Part shown: positions 61,169 to 64,000 of the stretch, one piece after another
How positions within the stretch are numbered: position 1 is the first letter of the stretch
Layout: each line of letters begins with the position of its first letter
Assembly: GCA_964545855.1 (NCBI GenBank)
Contig: CAZJHD010000023.1
Location: 2,423-66,422, forward strand
Reading direction: 5' to 3'
Source of the DNA: an uncultured Planctomycetales bacterium
GTDB lineage: Bacteria > Planctomycetota > UBA1135 > JACQFD01
DNA: 64,000 nucleotides
The notes under the pieces: generated by a model
The model's input: only the letters and a program-made list of their open reading frames with translations
Database searches by the model: none
Told to the model about the DNA's origin: nothing
Made by a program: the position numbers and the translations under genes

Positions 61169-64000
61169 TCAGCGAGCGGTCTCGGGCGCAGGCACGACGA
61201 GCGGCGCGCCGACCTCGGCGAAACCGTCCTTCCACTCCGCGACGACCTGCGAGCCGTCGCGGATCTGGATGCGGTAGGGTCCGGGCGGAACCGCGATCCG
61301 GTCGGGCGCGAGCGCATCGAGCCGGATCTCGTGCCACGGCGCCTCGCCGAAGGGGACGATCGCCCCGGAGTCGATGCGCAGGACCCAGCCTGCGCGCTCC
61401 GGCAGCGCCGCGAGGTCGATCCAGGCCGTGGCGACGGAGCCCGCGATCGTGGCCTCCGCACGCCCATCGGCTTCGATGAGTAGGATCGCCGCCGAGCCCT
61501 TGATCTCCGCATGCTGCTCGAGTCGGTCGAGCACCTGCTTCGGGAGCTGCAGCGCCGCCAGGCCGAGCCGCTCCGAGAGGCCCCGCGCCACGACGGCGAA
61601 GACCCAGCGCTCTCCGGCGGGGACGCGGGGGAAGAGGAAGGCCCCGTCCTCCTGGAGCACTCCCGAGAGACTGCTCGCGCCGTTCATCGAGACGCCGACG
61701 ACCTCGATCGCCCCGAGCGGAAGATCCTTCGGCTCGACGGCGATGCGCGCGGAGCCCGTCGGCTGCAGCGTCAGGAGCACGTCGGCCTCACCACCGGGTG
61801 CGACCTGCACCGTCTGCACGATCGGGCTCTGGAGCTGACTGGTCTCCGAGCGATTCGACACGATCGTCAGCTCGCCGCCGGGAAAGGGCGGAATCGTCCA
61901 GACCTCTCCGGGCTCCATCACGTGGGCCACGAGCGGAGGAACCGACTCCCCGGCCTCGAAGGTCGCCATCAGCGTGACGCAGACGGCGCCGATCTCCGAA
62001 TCGTCGCAGCGGATGCGAACGATTCCCGGGAGCGGGATCGTCGGATCGACGCCGACGACCTCGTCCCGCTGGAGGACGGAGATCCACTGCGCCGAGGGAT
62101 GACGGTCTGGAACGGCCGCGACGAGCTGGTAGGAGCCGGCTCCGACGCCGGAGATCTCGTACGCCCCCTCGGCCGTTGCTCGGACCCTGCGAAGGACCGC
62201 GCCCGACTCCTCGACGACGTGAACCTGCGCGAACGCCAGGGGCGCACCGACCTCGTCGCGAACGGTTCCGGAGATGCGCGCCTCGGGTCCGAGCTCGACG
62301 TGGATCCGACGCTCGTTCTGCGGCGTCGGCATCTTCTGGACGCGCGTCTCGAAACCAGGCGCGGCGACGACCAAGCGCCGGTAGGCCGAGGAGCGCCCGT
62401 CGAATCCCATGGCGAGGGAGTAGAGCCCGCTTCCCGCGGGATCCGCCGCGCGCACGACCCGGCCCTCGAGGCTCCGGATCGTCACGGAGGCTCCGTCGAG
62501 CGGCGCTCCGGAATCGCGATCCGAGACCAGGATCTCGAGGGGCGGCTGGGGCTCGAGCGTGAACGTCTCCGAGGTGCCGGGCTCTGCTCCCTTCGAGACG
62601 AGCAGTCGCCCCGAATGTGCATCGGGATGGACGATCCGGATCGGGAGCTCGGATCCCGGTCGCGCCAGGAATCGGAACCTCCCGTCGGGATCGGTCACGG
62701 CGAAGGGGAGCGCATTGAGCCCGCTCGCGGCGCGCCGCACGAGAGCGCTCGCGAAGGGTGCGCCGGCCGAGGAGACGACGCGGGCGACGCGCTCCTCGAG
62801 TGGTCCTGCCGGGACTCGGATCCGGGAGGCCGGCGATCCGGCGGCGATCGTCACATGCACGGTCTCCGTCATCACGGATCCCGAGTCGGCGCGGAACCGG
62901 TACTTCCCCGGGCGGAGCGAAGGGAACTCGAAGGATCCGTCGGCGCCGCACTCCGTCCAGTCGCCGAAGAGGCCGTCGATCCGGTCGGCGAACACCAGGA
63001 ACCCGGGGACCGGACGATCCTCCGCGTCGACCACGGCTCCCGAGACGCGAACGCCCGCGCGGAGAGAGAGGTCCTCCATGGTGATCGATCCGGTGGTGAG
63101 ACCGAACAGGATCGGCATCGCGTAGGGCATCCGCGGCGTGCTCTTCCCGGTGAGGAAGCCGTCCGTCGTGCGGGCGACGACCCGCAGGAAGTCGACTCCC
63201 TCCGGAAGCGTGATGGAGTAGAGGCCCGCACGGTCGGTCACGCCGGTGAGGGTCTCGGGCACCTCGGATCTCGCGAAGGTCACCTCGACGATCGCACCCG
63301 CGACGGGCTCGATCGCTTCGTTCTCGCTCGGGGAAGTGACGACGCGGCCCATCACGACCGACGCCGGGGGGAGCGACGCCGCAGGAAACAACGTGGCGCG
63401 TCGAACGGCATCCGCGACGCGGAGGTGCTCGATCGTGGCGGGTGGACGCCGAGCACGACTCGGAGCCGTTTCGGCGGCCGAGGCTCCCAGGCCGAGGACC
63501 GGGGCCGGCCCGCCCGTCGCGAGGCCGAGGGCTCCGACGAAGACCACGAGGACTCCGCCGAGGACCGAGAGCGGAACCAGCGCTCCCGCGCCCGACGGCA
63601 GGCGGCTCGCCTGTGCGAGCAGGCGCGCCGTGAGCTCGGGTCTCGGCGGCGGGACGGGCCGCTCGCGCAGGAGCCGGACGAGCGGCGCGGCGGCGAGCAC
63701 GCGTCCGCGGCGCGCGAAGTGCTCGCGAATGCGCTCCTTCGCTCGGTTCACCTGCCAGTGCACCGTGCCGGGTGCGATGTCGAGCAACGCGGCGGCTTGC
63801 TCTCGGCTCATTCCTTCCGACACCACGAGCTCCAGCGTCGCCCGAGCCTGCGGCGGGAGCAGCGCCAGCGCCTCCTTCAGGATCGCTTCCTGGTCCGCCT
63901 TCGACGCGAGACGGTCGCTGAGCACGCTCGACGTGAGCGCGGCCCAGGTCTCGGCCGCCTTGCGCTCGAGCCGCCGCGAACGCAGGACCCGCAGCGTCGT
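61169..64000 (-). CDS. Sigma-70-family (ECF-like) region 4 fused in frame to a TM helix and a large Ig-like/carboxypeptidase-regulatory-like ectodomain (5' end beyond the right edge)
   Basis: ORF 61169..63925 stays open to the window edge; hand translation of 63926-64000 gives TTLRVLRSRRLERKAAETWAALTSS. The region-4 HTH is LPPQARATLELVVSEGMSREQAAALLDIAPGTVHWQVNRAKERI. The TM helix is ALVPLSVLGGVLVVFVGALGLA. Repeated modules then follow, such as ISGTVRDEVGAPLAFAQVHVV...GAYEISGVGAGSY. Confidence 0.65.
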   Translation of the reverse strand, partial: TTLRVLRSRRLERKAAETWAALTSSVLSDRLASKADQEAILKEALALLPPQARATLELVVSEGMSREQAAALLDIAPGTVHWQVNRAKERIREHFARRGRVLAAAPLVRLLRERPVPPPRPELTARLLAQASRLPSGAGALVPLSVLGGVLVVFVGALGLATGGPAPVLGLGASAAETAPSRARRPPATIEHLRVADAVRRATLFPAASLPPASVVMGRVVTSPSENEAIEPVAGAIVEVTFARSEVPETLTGVTDRAGLYSITLPEGVDFLRVVARTTDGFLTGKSTPRMPYAMPILFGLTTGSITMEDLSLRAGVRVSGAVVDAEDRPVPGFLVFADRIDGLFGDWTECGADGSFEFPSLRPGKYRFRADSGSVMTETVHVTIAAGSPASRIRVPAGPLEERVARVVSSAGAPFASALVRRAASGLNALPFAVTDPDGRFRFLARPGSELPIRIVHPDAHSGRLLVSKGAEPGTSETFTLEPQPPLEILVSDRDSGAPLDGASVTIRSLEGRVVRAADPAGSGLYSLAMGFDGRSSAYRRLVVAAPGFETRVQKMPTPQNERRIHVELGPEARISGTVRDEVGAPLAFAQVHVVEESGAVLRRVRATAEGAYEISGVGAGSYQLVAAVPDRHPSAQWISVLQRDEVVGVDPTIPLPGIVRIRCDDSEIGAVCVTLMATFEAGESVPPLVAHVMEPGEVWTIPPFPGGELTIVSNRSETSQLQSPIVQTVQVAPGGEADVLLTLQPTGSARIAVEPKDLPLGAIEVVGVSMNGASSLSGVLQEDGAFLFPRVPAGERWVFAVVARGLSERLGLAALQLPKQVLDRLEQHAEIKGSAAILLIEADGRAEATIAGSVATAWIDLAALPERAGWVLRIDSGAIVPFGEAPWHEIRLDALAPDRIAVPPGPYRIQIRDGSQVVAEWKDGFAEVGAPLVVPAPETAR

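Noticed and set aside
1-64000. tRNA, rRNA, transposase, integrase, phage or toxin-antitoxin genes.
   Set aside because: I looked for T-loop-like GGTTCGA(A/G)TCC strings, rRNA-like low-coding stretches and DDE or tyrosine-recombinase motifs in the translations, and found none. This visual scan is not exhaustive. tRNAscan-SE, Infernal and ISEScan would be decisive.

Overview
High-GC bacterial chromosomal segment. Hand counts of sample 60-nt lines gave about 55-75% GC. Lipobox lipoproteins, an OMP-like C-terminal Phe, a sigma-54 activator and a Hanks-type kinase suggest a Gram-negative, possibly Myxococcota-like, organism. No similarity search was run, so every call rests on motifs recognised by eye in the supplied translations and on hand translation.

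The window is densely coding, with about 50 genes. Most lie in long minus-strand arrays whose junctions are 1-4 nt stop/start overlaps (ATGA, GTGA, TTGA). Many long ORFs in the track are antisense or out-of-frame high-GC artefacts and are not called.

Recognisable genes:
- Metabolism: PaaN/PaaZ-type aldehyde dehydrogenase, GNAT-nitrilase fusion, ThuA-DUF1080 fusion, UbiD-family decarboxylase, glycogen debranching enzyme, kynureninase-family enzyme, OYE flavoenzyme, 2Fe-2S ferredoxin, two acyl-CoA dehydrogenases, enoyl-CoA hydratase, SpeA, AccC plus BCCP.
- Transport, signalling and stress: CDF transporter, Ser/Thr kinase, sigma-54 activator, tandem Usp.
- Envelope and secreted: 14-repeat FG-GAP protein, M16 peptidase, serine hydrolase, GT4 and GT2 glycosyltransferases.
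- Other: radical SAM/SPASM-like enzyme, RdgC.

No rRNA, tRNA, CRISPR array, transposase or integrase was seen.

Most notable observations:
1. A dispersed imperfect-palindrome intergenic repeat family, with 3 clear copies and 1 distant one.
2. A 13-nt homopolymer that splits a polytopic membrane protein gene.
3. A translationally coupled nitroreductase / HExxH peptidase / Ddl-like ATP-grasp operon with a convergent GATase1.
4. A radical SAM enzyme without a recognisable precursor, embedded in a 13.7-kb co-directional array.
5. A sigma-factor region 4 fused in frame to a TM helix and a roughly 700-aa ectodomain.
6. A glycosyltransferase-like protein fused to roughly 600 aa of coiled coil.
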